Of a DNA stretch of 64,000 nucleotides, positions 35,903-48,583 are shown piece after piece. The position numbers and the translations under genes are program-made. Position 1 is the stretch's first letter, and each line of letters begins with the position of its first letter. A model generated the notes under the pieces. The model was not told the DNA's origin. It did no database searches and worked only from the letters and a program-made list of their open reading frames with translations. Source of the DNA: Isurus oxyrinchus. Lineage: Eukaryota. The DNA lies in contig JANJGN010000242.1 of the NCBI GenBank assembly GCA_026770705.1, positions 558,001 through 622,000 on the forward strand. The letters are read 5' to 3'.

Positions 35903-36703
35903 GTGAGTAACATTGAAGATAATGATTCCATCTTTTTGTACAAAGAAAGCCTAACATTAACTTGTCACATGACGTGTTAAATGTCAATGGGCGAGCTGCG
36001 CTTGAATTTCAGGCTGTGTGCGTGGGGTATGGGTGGGGGGTGGCTGCTGGTGGTGGTGGGTGGAATGGGGACAGGCAGTGCGGGCAGTCGCACTTACAGA
36101 GGTAAGAGCGAAGTTACATTTACAGAGTGTCATTGACAATCCCGGAAGCAGACGTCTCGCTTCACAGTCCATGTAATATATTTTTATGATGGAGTGACAT
36201 CAGTGCACACTGCGGGATTGTTGGAGAGGGAATAGCCAATTTGCCCTCAATTTGGTGCAAGCGGCCAATGTGACAGTGGCCAGATGCACTATGGTGTATG
36301 TGCCGGTGTTTGATGGTACACTGGGGTGAAGACCCTTGCTCACCCCCGAATGCTTCATTTGGATAGCGTTTGGCAACCGAAGAGACCGGACAGAATGGTG
36401 GTTTAATGTCTCCTGGAAGAGGTGGGGGCGGGTCTCGGGTGCGCACCTCCGGCAGTGCAGCATTCCACCAGTATTGTGCTCAATTTCCAGTTTTCAGAGA
36501 GTCCCTTGGATGCAAAGCCATTCCAGCCCAGAGACCAGGACGCCGCACACCGAGCACTCAGTTGAACCCAGTGTCCAATAGATCCACAAGGGCAATCAGA
36601 GCCAAGCTTCAGAAATAGTTCATGTGGTGGTTAGCGGCCGAGGTCCTGGGGCTAGGACTTCTGGAGCACTGGCAGGGTTAATTATAGGCTCGGAGTCACT
36701 GTA

Positions 36704-36764
36704 CCAGACACGGGCCCCTGACCCACTGACATCAGTGATGGGATCACAGTGGTTGTGGAACCGT
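36704..36764 (+). pseudogene. TRDJ: Pseudo-J: PDPLT[frameshift]SDGITVVVEP
   Basis: Heptamer cactgta; 1-nt loss in the Phe codon and G->S; gtaagt donor retained. Confidence 0.65.
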
Positions 36765-37146
36765 GTAAGTCCAATTTGCGGAATGGAATCATACTGTTAG
36801 CAGGTGTATGCAGTGTTGGATAATCATTGGAGGGCAGGCAGAGAAGGGGAACTTCATGTATAGGATATTTACACATGGTAGAATTCATGGGAGATACCAT
36901 TCATGGTAACTTTGCAAATTAACCTGAATGGGTTAATGTGAACATGGCAAAGGGGCGCCGACCCCGAATGTGTGAAAGTTTTAACGTTATTGGCAAGGTC
37001 TGCGTGGTTGATGGAAGGGAGGGAAGGGGGTTCGTGGATGGGAGTGGCGGGAGGGGGGCTACGGGTCTCGGGGGGATTGGTGCCAATCTGCACACCCTCC
37101 CCCTCAGCCTCAGGGGAAGGTTTCTGTACCTGCAGTTATTACTGTG

Positions 37147-37203
37147 CTACTTACTATACTAAGCTCACATTTGGCAGCGGAACCCAGTTGAATGTTGTGC
37201 CCA
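37147..37203 (+). CDS. TRDJ: J segment: TYYTKLTFGSGTQLNVVP
   Basis: ggtttctgt/12/tactgtg RSS; gtaagt donor. Confidence 0.92.
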
Positions 37204-38419
37204 GTAAGTATGAAATGATTACTTTTTTTTTATTGTGCTCCACCTAAAAGAGTTTTCTGCTGAATTGGGCATTGGCAAGTGTGGGCGCAGAGTGAAAATA
37301 GTGCACAACGTGAAATTGAAGCCAATGTTACCCATCCAACAAGCTTTAACAAGGCAGGTATCCAGATCAACTCGCACCCCCACCCCCAAGTTCTCCCTGT
37401 GCCGACCAGGAGTTGTAACTCCCGGCCTCAATGATGTGAGTTTGCAGTGAAATTTCAGAATTGGCTATTGTCACCGGGATAATAAACCCCCATTTCAAAG
37501 TCGGGCCCAAATCAGCATTGATTGGAGTGAATAGATATCCATGTGTCGTTCTCGACATATCGCTTTCCCCATTTTAAATGTCAACCAAGCACCAAACATG
37601 GATGTTTGCAATCAAATGTCAAGCCAGTTGAATGCTTCATAGCGACCACCATCCCTCTCCTCCCCTCTCCCACTCTCACCCAGCTCCTCCACTCCAGGTT
37701 TACACACCCCAAAAAAAGTCTACGACGTACCGAACTTCATAAATGGTGAAAATCCTGTCGAGACTGAGCAATTCGTGCTGCAATTGATTCCTGGAAGGTG
37801 TAATTGGATAATTAAGGGTGAAGGAAGCAAAGAGGAAACTCTGGCAACTATTTGTTCATTTCTGGTGTGTAATTTCTTTGACTTGGAGTATGTTTAAATC
37901 AAATGTGGGATTGTGTGTGTGTGTGTGTGTGTGTTTGGGGCGGGGGCAAGATTATTTATTAACCCTTCAGGATGTTATATTTTCTGATACGATCACTTCT
38001 TATTCCTGGAGAACCAAACTCGTTCCCAAGTGGTGTATACTTTTGCTTTAAACTCGGAATGCGGAATTATAATATAACATGCATGTTTGAAATCAAGCCT
38101 CAGAGCAGAAAATGCATGTTACCCGCCCCCCTCCCCCCACCCGCACTCCTCCCCTCCCCCACCCACCTCTGCTTTGCAGGTACACCAACGAGCAAAAAAG
38201 GAATCTGTCATTTCATGTTGATGTCAAGCATCAGATGAACAGATTGACGTAAGATGGTAATGACGAATGATCAAGAAATGAGGAAAGGTCAAATGCTGTC
38301 AATTTCTTACCATTTCTTCTCCATTTAAAATGGTGTAAAATAAAGGTAATTAAATTCATTTGGGTCCTACTTGACCCTGACCTTACCTGGCCTAGCTCTG
38401 GGAGCAAGCAGAAACCCAC

Positions 38420-38990
38420 TCTCTCTTTCCCTCTCTCTCTCCCTCTCTCTCTCACACACAAACGCACACACTCTACCTATCTCTCTCATACACCCACATT
38501 CTGTATCTCTCATACACACTCACACAATCACACACACAAATATACATAGACATACATACTCTCTATCTCTCAGACACACTCACTCATAATCACACACCAA
38601 AACACACACACTCTCTCTCTCACACACAAACACTCTCACTTAACCACACACATATAGTCACACATGCAGACTCTCTCATGCACACACACTCACATAATCA
38701 CATACACGTACACACTAACACATACATTCTCTCTCACATACACTCTCACACACTCTATCTCTCACACACACACTCACACAATCACACACACTTACACGCA
38801 TTCACACATATGCAAACACACGCACACACACATTTTCTTCCTCTCTCTTTCTCTCACACACACACACTCTCACACACAATCACACATAAGCACATACACA
38901 AACACACACTCTCTGTCTCTCACACACAAACTCACATTATCACACGCACACACTCTTTCTCCCTCTCTCTCTCACACACACACGCACACA
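38420..38990. repeat. (CA/CT)n low-complexity tract
   Basis: cacacacactctc repeats. Confidence 0.85.
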
Positions 38991-39374
38991 CAAGCCTTTA
39001 CACAAATAGAAGCAGTGAGCTTCAACAAGCCTACTATATCAACAACAAGCCTACTATATCAAAACCATGTTGACGTCCAAAAACTCCCCCAGTGCTTGGT
39101 TTCGGGTACATGTTAACGGAAAACGAGCAGGAAGAAAGGAAGGAGGAAGTGCTGTTACTTCATTTCCCAATCATTGTACTTTTAATATACAGCAAGTTAA
39201 AGGGATCATGTTCAGTGCGTGGAGGAGGAACAGTTTTATTTGTTCCCCCCTGGCCTGGACACGGATGCAAGGAGAACCTCAAACTTTGCTCAACCTCAAA
39301 GCAAGGCAAAAACAAGCCCTTGCTTTGCAATTCATGCAGTTGCAGATATTTTTCTAGCACCTGGTATCACTGTG

Positions 39375-39434
39375 CTACCTACAGAACTGAGAAACTTATC
39401 TTTGGCAGTGGAACAACACTCACTGTGAAACCAA
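39375..39434 (+). CDS. TRDJ: J segment: TYRTEKLIFGSGTTLTVKP
   Basis: tatttttct/12/cactgtg RSS; gtaagt donor. Confidence 0.92.
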
Positions 39435-39857
39435 GTAAGTTTGCTCATATCTTCAACTTCAATCTGGTTTAAATAATAATGTCACTGCAATTCACTCTTC
39501 TAATGTGCCTTCAGCGGACTAAACCTTGTCGAAAAGGGAGGGGAATGGCTGAGCGTGGGAGTTACTAGAATAGCCACTCGCTGGAACAACTCCTGGGCGC
39601 CCGTAGCACCAATTAACACAGGGAAGGGGATGCATTCGGCCCATCGTTCATGCTTTGGGTGCACACAAGTCAGTGACATTTGACATAAGCTGAAAAATAT
39701 TTGCAGGTGACAGTAGTTGGGTTTAGTATGAATTTTGCACGTAAGATGGCCAGAGCTGGTGAATATTCCAACTTTGTTTTTTGCCTGGAATCTTATTGAG
39801 GTGATGAAGTAGAATTTTGTTCTTTGTTTTTTTTTGGTCTGGTGAGTTGTCACTGTG

Positions 39858-39917
39858 TGAATTCTTATGTCACTGTTGTGAAATCTGACATTGGCACCCA
39901 ACTGAGGGTTGTGCCCA
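39858..39917 (+). pseudogene. TRDJ: Pseudo-J: NSYVTVVKSDIGTQLRVVP, donor lost
   Basis: cactgtg 39851-39857 with a 12-nt spacer; GTQLRVVP end; donor mutated to ttaagc; no FGxG. Confidence 0.65.
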
Positions 39918-40319
39918 TTAAGCTTAGTTTCTTTGCTTTCCATTTATATGCAACTTTGCGCTGAATGGTCACTGGCCAACGTGGGCAGGAAGCCAACGCA
40001 ATGCACAAATTAAAAGCAAGAATAGTTTCAGGAAGATAGACAGGCAACTCAGTTCACTCCTGAATTAGGTAAGGAGTGCCCAGAGGTTGGAAATCTAGGC
40101 CCCAGTAATAGGACATTGGCCTGAAATGCAGACTGACATATTGTCACTGGAATGGGAAACTCACGTTTGGCAAGTATAGCAAGTGAAGCAAAGATTGGAG
40201 TCAATTGAACATTGTTTTTCATTCTCAAAACTTGGCTTTTTTTTGTTTGGTTTTTGAACCTCAATTGCCAGCAACAATGTACATGCAGGTCTCAAGGCAG
40301 AGAGTATATAAGCAGATGA

Positions 40320-40530
40320 AAGCAAAATACTGCAGATGCTGGTAACAATAGCAGAAGACGCTGGAAAAGCTCTGTTGGTTGAAGAGCATCTGTGGGGAGA
40401 AAAGGACAAAGTTAAAGTTTCGAATCCGTTTCTGATAAAGAGTTGTACGGACTCGAAAAGCTGACTCTGTTTCGCTCCACAGGTGCTGTCAGACCTGCTG
40501 AGTCTCTCCACCATTCTCTGTTTTTGCTTG
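40320..40530. repeat. Palindromic shark interspersed element (Penelope-pLTR/MITE-like); second copy 48750-48975
   Basis: Arms gcatctgtgg...gttaaagtttcgaatccg and cggactcgaaaagctgactctg...ccacaggtgctg are inverted. Confidence 0.6.
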
Positions 40531-40953
40531 AGTGCATAAGCAGCCCCCTGCACAACCACAACTGCATATGACACCCCACCACCAAATGTCAAAGGAGGAA
40601 ACGATGACACGTCGGGCACGCTGCTAACAAAATGCTGTTGGTGGCAACAATTTAGTCCACGAACTGGTTTCAGGCTAATGGAGAGTTAACAGGAATGGAA
40701 GTAACATGGAGATTTGCTAATTTCCTGTTATTATCTTGTGCTTTCAGAATGGCACATGGCGGAGGGAATTAAGATTAATTGCGGGTGGGCGGTAAGAAAA
40801 AGTCACCTTGGTTTCGGGGGGCAACCTGATCTGTCTTTCGAAGCAAGTAGCATCTGAAAGTGCTCTCAGAACGAAAAGCAAGGCAAAATGCAAACCCTCA
40901 CGGCCCTTTCTCATGTAGCTGGGCTTATTCTTGTAGCACCTGCTAGCACTGTG

Positions 40954-41013
40954 GTAGGTACTATGAAGAGAAGCTTATCTTTGGCAGTGGAACAACACTC
41001 AACGTGGAACCCA
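40954..41013 (+). CDS. TRDJ: J segment: RYYEEKLIFGSGTTLNVEP
   Basis: tattcttgt/12/cactgtg RSS; gtaagt donor. Confidence 0.92.
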
Positions 41014-41408
41014 GTAAGTCTTTCATTGCCTGCCTCCAATTTGCATCTAGCTATTGTAAAAAAAAAAATAAACGAGAGGCGCTCTGACGTGACTGGCCTA
41101 CCAACCCGATGCACAATCTGGAGTTGAGGGGCGGAAAAATAACGCAGCAACTGACCAATTAGTGAGAGAATTCCTTCCCTTGCAAAGTAACCCATTAAAC
41201 GGAAGGATGTCACTCGGGTCAAGGTGTCTGCTTTGGGTGATGAATGAGGCACCTGCACCTTTAACTGAGCAATATTTGCTAGCAATGGGATTGAGTTTGC
41301 TGTTGTCTCTGTGTTTACTTCCCCTTTCCTCGATTAGGGAATAGCAGAGTTATTTGGCGTGTCAGGGCAGGAATGTGGATGATTTCTCCCTGGGCAATTG
41401 TTACCGTA

Positions 41409-41442
41409 CATGGCAGCGGCACCCAAGTGATGGCTGTGCCAA
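41409..41442 (+). pseudogene. TRDJ: 5'-truncated pseudo-J: HGSGTQVMAVP
   Basis: Degenerate RSS gatttctcc/ctgggcaattgt/taccgta; lacks KLTF; gtaagt donor. Confidence 0.65.
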
Positions 41443-44400
41443 GTAAGTTTGAGCGGAGGTATCTCTTCCCCTCCACTCCCACCCCAGACCAACTACTTGA
41501 CATAGTCCTCTGATTGATGGTGTCTGGAGAGTGCGACAGAGATGCAGGGAAGTGGGTGTAATAAAAGTGGAGGCTTAGCACTGAGGGAATAAGCTTTATG
41601 CAAATGGTTGACAAGCTTTTCTCACGCCTTACCAAAAGGTATAGCAGCTAGCAGTGGAATCTCCACATGTCAGTGATATGATGTAGGGCTCATATGCATG
41701 ATCGTGTACTGTCACCGGGGCAGGGAATCTCAATTCAGAAAGTTCACCGCAAAATATAAAAGCATTAGCTCGACTGACGGAACGGTTTCCAAAGGCATTT
41801 TGGCTAAACTGGGTTTGTTAGACTCGACTGGTTGGGCCTATACCCATTGGAATTTAGAAAAATGAGAGATGATCTCATTGAAAGATATAAGACCCCCGGG
41901 TTCGACCCCCGGAGTACGTTTCCACCTGTAGGGTAGACTAAATCGAGGGGATGTAGTTCAAAAATAAAATGTTTTCTTTCTAAGTCAGAGATGAGAATTT
42001 TTGTTCCCTCTCCCAATGGAACCTTGGTGTGCGGAATTCTCTTCCCCAGGAAGTAGTTTAGGCTGAGTCGCTGACTTTGTTTGAGACGGGGTTGGACAGA
42101 TTTTTGTTAGGTGAGGGCGTCGAGGATTATGGCGGGGATGGGTGCGGGGCAGTCAGAAAAACGGAGCTGAGGCCACAACCAGGTCAGCCATGATCTTAAT
42201 GAACGGAGGAGCAGGCTCGAACGGCCAAATGACCCGCTCCTGCTCCCATGCTCCTATGTCCTTATGTCCCTGCTCCCTGTGTGAAATCGAAGCTGAAGGT
42301 GTCACGTTCATGTTAACACCTACAAACCCGCCAGCACCCTTCCCACCACCTTCCCTTCACACACTAACTCCAACCCCCGAACAATCACACACTAACATAC
42401 ACATGGAAGCTATGATGTATTTAGCATGCTGATATTACAATCATACTGATGTCAGGCGCATCCCTCAGGAGGCAGTTGTCCCGGGTAGATGTTCATTAAA
42501 GAAAAAACTGCCCGCAAAGGAAAACAAACTTCCAACAATTCCTCGTGCTTTGACAATAGAACAAAACGAGGGGAATTAGGTTTAGTGGAGTCTGGAGTTG
42601 AGAAGGAAACGGTTCCATTTGATTCTGGAGGTCACTGGACCTGGCAAATGTTATGACCCAGCAGTTGGTAAAGCTGAGTTACTTAAAAATCCTAAAGGGA
42701 AACTTTATACAACTGTCATAACTTATATTATTGTATGTTGGAGTTTCATCCCTAAATTCAGGAATCAGACCACCAGCTCTCGGGACGTTTCATAACAAAA
42801 TACATGAGACATTTATTAATTTACACAAGTTAAATATGTATACACATGGCTAAAAATTACTGCTATCATAACTTTTAATAAACTCCCAAACTACTCTTAA
42901 TTAAAGCAGCAGCAACCCAAAGACTTCACCAACACACCAGCCAAATCATTTTCACCGAACGAAGTCAAATGAGGTTCCTTTCCCTTTAGTTCCTGTGGAT
43001 AACAGTATCTTTACAGTGCAGGCGGAGGCCATTCGGCCTATCAAGACTGCGCCGTCTCTCTGCAAGAGCATTCTACCCTGCTGCACCGCCCCTGCCTTAT
43101 CCCTGTAACCTTGTACATTGTCTCCCTTCAGGTAGCAATCCAAATCCCTTTTGAATACCTCGATCGAACCTACACCCTCTCAGCAAGTGCGTTCCATACT
43201 CTAGCCACCCTCTGGGTGAAAAAAAAAAGCATTTTCGTACTTCGTTTTTATTCTTTGCCCATTATTTCGACTCTGTGTCCTTTAGTTCATCATGTTCACT
43301 TCAGTGAGAACAGTTTTTTTTAATATATGGGATGTGGGCTTCGCTGGCTGTGCCGGCATTTATTGCCCATCATTAATCGCCCCATGAGAAGGTGGTGGTG
43401 AGCTGCCTTCTTGGGCCATTGCAGCCCATGTGGTGCAGGTGCACCTACAGTGCTTTTATGAAGGGAGATCCAGGATTTTGAACCAGCTACAGTGAAAGAA
43501 CGACGATATAATTTCAAGTCAGGATGATGAGTGGCTTGGAGGGGAACTTCCGGGTGCTGGTGTTCCCATCTACCTACTGCTCTTGTCCTTCTAGATCGTA
43601 AACGTTGTAAGTTGGGAAGGTGTTTTCCTCACTATTTTCTCTCTACATCCCCCTCAGGAACTTGAATATCTCTATCAAGTCTCCTCTCAGCCTTCTTGTC
43701 TCCAAGGAAAACAGTCCAAGCCACTCCAATCTATCCTCATAGCTACAGTTCTATATCCCTGGAATCATTTTTCTGAATCTCCCCTGTGCCCTCTCCAATG
43801 CCTTCACCTCCTTCTTCAAGTGTGACTCCCAGAACAGGACACAGTACTCCAGAATAGGCCTAACTGTTGATGTCAACTAATCCCCATGTAGTTGGTTACT
43901 GATAGGTTTGAATGGAGAAATGCAAGAAGGGATTGGAAAATGAACCATGATCCATTCATTGTGCTTATGCATTTTTTTCATTCTTTCATGTGATCTGGGA
44001 CAGCATTTGTAGCCCATCCCATATTGAACTTGAGCTGAGTGGCTTCCTCGGCTGATAAGAGGGCAGTGACATTGCTGCGGCTCTGGAGTCGCATGGAGAC
44101 CAGACTAGGCAAGGACGGCAGATTCCCTTCCCTTAAGGACGTTAATAAATCAAATGGGCCTTTGCTGAGGTTAGCTTTCAATGGCAGGTTTGGCCATTGA
44201 GGTTGAATTGCAACAGCTGCCCTGGTGGGATTTGAAGGCATGCCCCCCTCCCAACTATCCCCTCCCCTCCCCTATCACCCCCCCCACCCCACCCCCCCCC
44301 ACCCCCCACCTTCACCCCACACCCATCCCCTCGCAGGAGCCTAAGCTCTCTGCATTACCGCCACGCTACCCTGCGCCCCCCAAATAGTGCAAAACAAGAA

Positions 44401-44579
44401 AATCGAGTTGAATAGATGAGGGAAACCGATGGCATTTGTTTCTGGAGTTAACCTGTCCAGGCCATGCAAGCAAGTAGAATCTCAAAATGCACTCAAAGCT
44501 CAAATCTGGAGAAGAAGGCTCGCTTGCATTACTGCTCAGGTGGTTATGGTCGGATTTTGTAACACTTGATAATGATGTG

Positions 44580-44639
44580 CTGACAGGGGAACTCGCAATC
44601 TCATCTTTGGCAGTGGGACAGAACTCACTGTGGAACCCA
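44580..44639 (+). CDS. TRDJ: J segment: DRGTRNLIFGSGTELTVEP
   Basis: ggattttgt/12/tgatgtg RSS; gtaagt donor. Confidence 0.9.
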
Positions 44640-45026
44640 GTAAGTCTTCGTTTGCCTTCAGTATCAATCTGCTTATGCCTAACATGGTTACAATTCCCTG
44701 TACTAACACCAGTACAAAATATATTGGTACTAGGGGAGAGGGAAATAAGTCGATCACCAGCAACTTGGGATCAGGAGTGCTGCACGCTCGTAGATCCTTG
44801 CGAGGTTCAAGGAGGCCATTCGGCCCATCTTGCCTGTGTTGGGAGGCCGATAAGGCGATGATTGTTATCCGCAGGTGATACGCACTTACACCTCATAGTT
44901 TACGGCGAAGTAAATAGACAGCGCCTATCCGAATCAGTGAATCCTCCAGCTCCTTTATCGTGTATTAGCTAAAACGTGAATCGCCTGTCCCAATAGAAGG
45001 TTTCTGTATGGGCAATTGCCACTGTG

Positions 45027-45109
45027 TTTTCATGACCGTTTTGAGTATGGTGCTGTAGCTACTGAGAAGCTGACGTACGGCAGCGGCACCCATTTGCATG
45101 TTGTGCCAA
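45027..45109 (+). CDS. TRDJ: Extra-long J segment (83 nt): FHDRFEYGAVATEKLTYGSGTHLHVVP
   Basis: Near-consensus RSS ggtttctgt/12/cactgtg; open frame; YGSG motif; gtaagt donor. Confidence 0.85.
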
Positions 45110-45981
45110 GTAAGTGCCATCTGAAGTATCTTTTTGTCACTCTTTAACTTGATGCAGCTTTCTGCTGGATAATGTCTGCAGGTTGCGGGCAGATTGCCAA
45201 GGGAGTACTCGAAATAAAAGGGAAACCATTACACCGAAGAGACATGTCTTTAGAATCATGCCTATTCGGCTCAACTCATTCCTCAATTGGGCATGCAGTG
45301 ACCACGAATTCAAACTGTAGACCTCGGCAATATGGGCATTGGTCTCAATGCAGAATTTCGTCTTTTTTTTGTAAAACTGGGATTGAAATTCCCATTTGTG
45401 AAATGGACATAAATAATTGTCATTTAGAACTAATAGGACCGCAATTTTTCATTCCCAACACGCCTCTGTGTTTCATCAAAACCGCGAACACAAAGCAATA
45501 ACGTTCATATGTAAAATCACTTCTCTAGGCAGAAACTTAATCAGTGGAGCACTTCTACCCACCACCTCCATTCCCCCTCCTCCCTATTCCCTACCCCACA
45601 ACAGCAGACAGATCTACATCCACAAAGCGGGAATGAAGTGTCCAACATAGTGATTGATCTAAATCAATCTGCCCAAAACTAATCGGAGCTGGTTTTGGCA
45701 TGGATGTCAATGGACATCTCTCAGGGTGGAAGGTCAGACTAGCCGCTGTCGGCCTTTTCACCATTTATTCTTTGTGTAAAGTAGAATAAGAGAAGTGGAG
45801 TTAAATTTACAGGGCAGAGGGGGAATAGTTAGATTTGTTTCTGGAGATAAGCTACCTTGGGTCCTGAGGTAAGTAGAATCTCAAAGTGCACTTAAAACTC
45901 AAACGGAGGAGAAACTAAGTAAGAAGCTTACATTACTGCTCATGTGCTTGGTCTATTTTTGTACCACCTTGTACGGTTGTG

Positions 45982-46041
45982 CTAACGTTCGAACTTGGAA
46001 ACTTATCTTTGGCAGCGGCACCAGGGTCACTGTGCAGCCCA
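45982..46041 (+). CDS. TRDJ: J segment: NVRTWKLIFGSGTRVTVQP
   Basis: tatttttgt/12/ggttgtg RSS; gtaagt donor. Confidence 0.9.
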
Positions 46042-46578
46042 GTAAGTCACCTCAAGTCGTCAGTTTGGATCTGGTTAATTGATAAGTAAATGAAGTTTCC
46101 TTTTTTTTCCCAATTCTTTCATGGGGCCTGGACGTCCCCGACGAAGCTAGCGTGTTTGTTGCCCATCCCTAATTGCCCCTTGAGAAGGTGGCCGTGGGCC
46201 ACCTTCTTGAACTCCATGTTCAAGAGCGTGGGCGCTCATCAAATTACCTGCAAATCATTTCTTCTTGTGTAAATTCGTGGAGGGACTGGGGGAGATTAGA
46301 CCATCACTTAGCCACTTGGAGGGTCAGAGGTTCTGCACATGTCTAAAAGATTTGACCCCCAAATATCTATCGTTCCAATTTATGGGGAGGCGGGTAGAGA
46401 ATTCAGCGACTTTTGTGTTCAGGTGAGAAAAAAAAACATGCATCTCATAGGACTTAGTTTGGTGTAAACTTTGCACACAGTGCTACCCCAGAATTAGCGA
46501 ATATGCTTTAGTATGTATTAAATGGAATCGGGATGATCTCTTCAGTGAAAGGTTTCTGTCTGTGCTGTATTCACGGTG

Positions 46579-46644
46579 CAACTTATTATAACCCAATTCT
46601 TAAGCTCACGTTCGGCACTGGAACCCATGTGACAGTTGTGCCAA
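46579..46644 (+). CDS. TRDJ: J segment: TYYNPILKLTFGTGTHVTVVP
   Basis: ggtttctgt/12/cacggtg RSS; gtaagt donor. Confidence 0.92.
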
Positions 46645-46810
46645 GTAAGTACCAGCTGAGCTTTCTCTCCCTCTGCTTCGTGTTGGTTTGTTTTCTGTTT
46701 GTTGCTGAATATTACCTGGCACGTGGCAAGTGGGCAGAGGGCCAAGGCTTTACGTGGGGGAAAAAAAGTGAAGGCATTTCATCGGTAAGATGAACTTTAA
46801 GAAGATAGAT

Positions 46811-48259
46811 ATCCAACTCAGTTCAATGTTTAATTAGACACGCTGTAACCAGCAGATGAATCGCTAGGCTTCAGTAATGTGACAGGCACAGAAGGGCAGA
46901 ATTAAATTTCATTATCAGGCCGTGAAACTCCCCATTGGAAAGTGGCCCCAAGCAGCTATCGATTCGACTAAACACAAACGTATCTCTTAGTCTCATCATA
47001 TCTCTTTCCCTCTTTAAAATCTAACAGGGCTATGATATACAAGCTGCACATCAATGACCAGGGCAAAGAATTGATTAGCATCAATTCTCAGGGCCAAGAA
47101 TTGATTAGTAACAGTCCCCTGCACACGCGGTGAGGGAGCTTCACTCATGTAGACAAGTAGGGCGTATTCCAACACAATCCTGACTTGTGTCTTGTAAATG
47201 GTGGAGAGGCTTTGAGGAGTCAGGTGGTGAGTTACTCGTCGCAGGTTTCCTAGCCTCTGACCTGCTCTTGTAGCCACGGTATTTATATAGCTAGTCCAGT
47301 TCAGTGACACACACTCACAAACTCAAAAAATACGCACAGTTGCATAAACGCACGCAAACACACACACACACGCGCACACACTGACCTGCGCGCACACACA
47401 CACACACACTCACTTGCTCACACACACACACACACACGCGCGCGCGCGAAGATTTCATATATAAAACACATTTATATCAAAATTATGTTGATGTCAAATA
47501 ATTCCCCCGGAGGTGCAAATGGAGAAATGCAATGGGGAATTTAAAAATGAGCTGTTATCTGTTGATTATGTTTCATTTTTTTATTAGTTTAATGGGACGG
47601 GGACGCCTCAGGCTTGCCAGCATTTGCTGACCATCCTTAATTGCCCATGCAGTGGGTTGCTGGGCCGTTTCAGAGGTTATTTAAGAGTCAATCGCGATGC
47701 TGAGGGGGCTGGAGTCACATGTAGGCCAGGCCGGGTAAGGATGGAAGGTTTCCGTCCCTGAAGGGGCATGAGTGAGCCAGATGGGTTTTTGCAACCGTGT
47801 ATGATAGTTGCTATGGTCGCCATTACTGAGATGGCTTTGCTAACAGAATAGAAATTCCACAAGCTCCACCAATGACAAGACACAAGTCAGGATTGTGTTG
47901 GAATACTCCCCACTTGTCTGCATGAGTGAATCTCTCTCACCGCGTGTGCAGGGGACTGTTACTAATCAATTCTTTGCCCTGAGAATTGATACAAATCAAT
48001 TTTTTGCCCTGATAATTGATGTGCAACTTGTATATCATAGCCCTGTTAGATTTTAAAGAGGGAAAGAGATATGATGAGACTAAGAGATACGTTTGTGTTT
48101 AGTCGAATCGATAGTTACTTGGGGCCACTTTCCAATGGGGAGTTTCACGGCCTGATAATGAAAGGTAATTCTGCCCTTCTGTGCCTGTCACATTACTGAA
48201 GCCTAGCGATTCATCTGCTGGTTACAGTGTGTCTAATTAAACATTGAACTGAGTTGGAT
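46811..48259. repeat. 385-bp inverted repeat (arms 46811-47195 and 47875-48259) with a ~680-bp spacer
   Basis: atccaactcagttcaatgtttaattagacac...gacttgtgtcttgt is the near-perfect reverse complement of acaagacacaagtc...aacattgaactgagttggat. Confidence 0.92.
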
Positions 48260-48523
48260 TAATACAGAGCTGGCTCTCTGTATTAACGATTCCAATCACA
48301 TTATCACTGAGCTAAAGTCTCACACTAGGCAGGTAGAAGCAGATAAAGTTAAGTTCAATGGAGGGGCTGTATTGTTTTCTGGAGGTCAATTGACCGGGGA
48401 GTGCAAGCAAGTCGAATCTCAAAATGTACTGCAAGCACTCAAAGCCAAGGTTAAAGAAGAAGCAACGCTTGTCTTAGGGTTCATGCGGTAGGGATTATTT
48501 TTGTAACACCTGGTAGCAGTGTG

Positions 48524-48583
48524 ATGCCTGGGAAATCAGCAAGCTTATCTTCGGCAGCGGGACAAAACTCGTTGTGCAACCCA
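48524..48583 (+). CDS. TRDJ: J segment: AWEISKLIFGSGTKLVVQP
   Basis: tatttttgt/12/cagtgtg RSS; gtaagt donor. Confidence 0.92.

Noticed and set aside
37945-38035. Additional J relic (gattatttattaacc...gaaccaaactcgtt)
   Set aside because: Resembles the type-A J context but has no heptamer, FGxG or donor; too degenerate to list as a feature.
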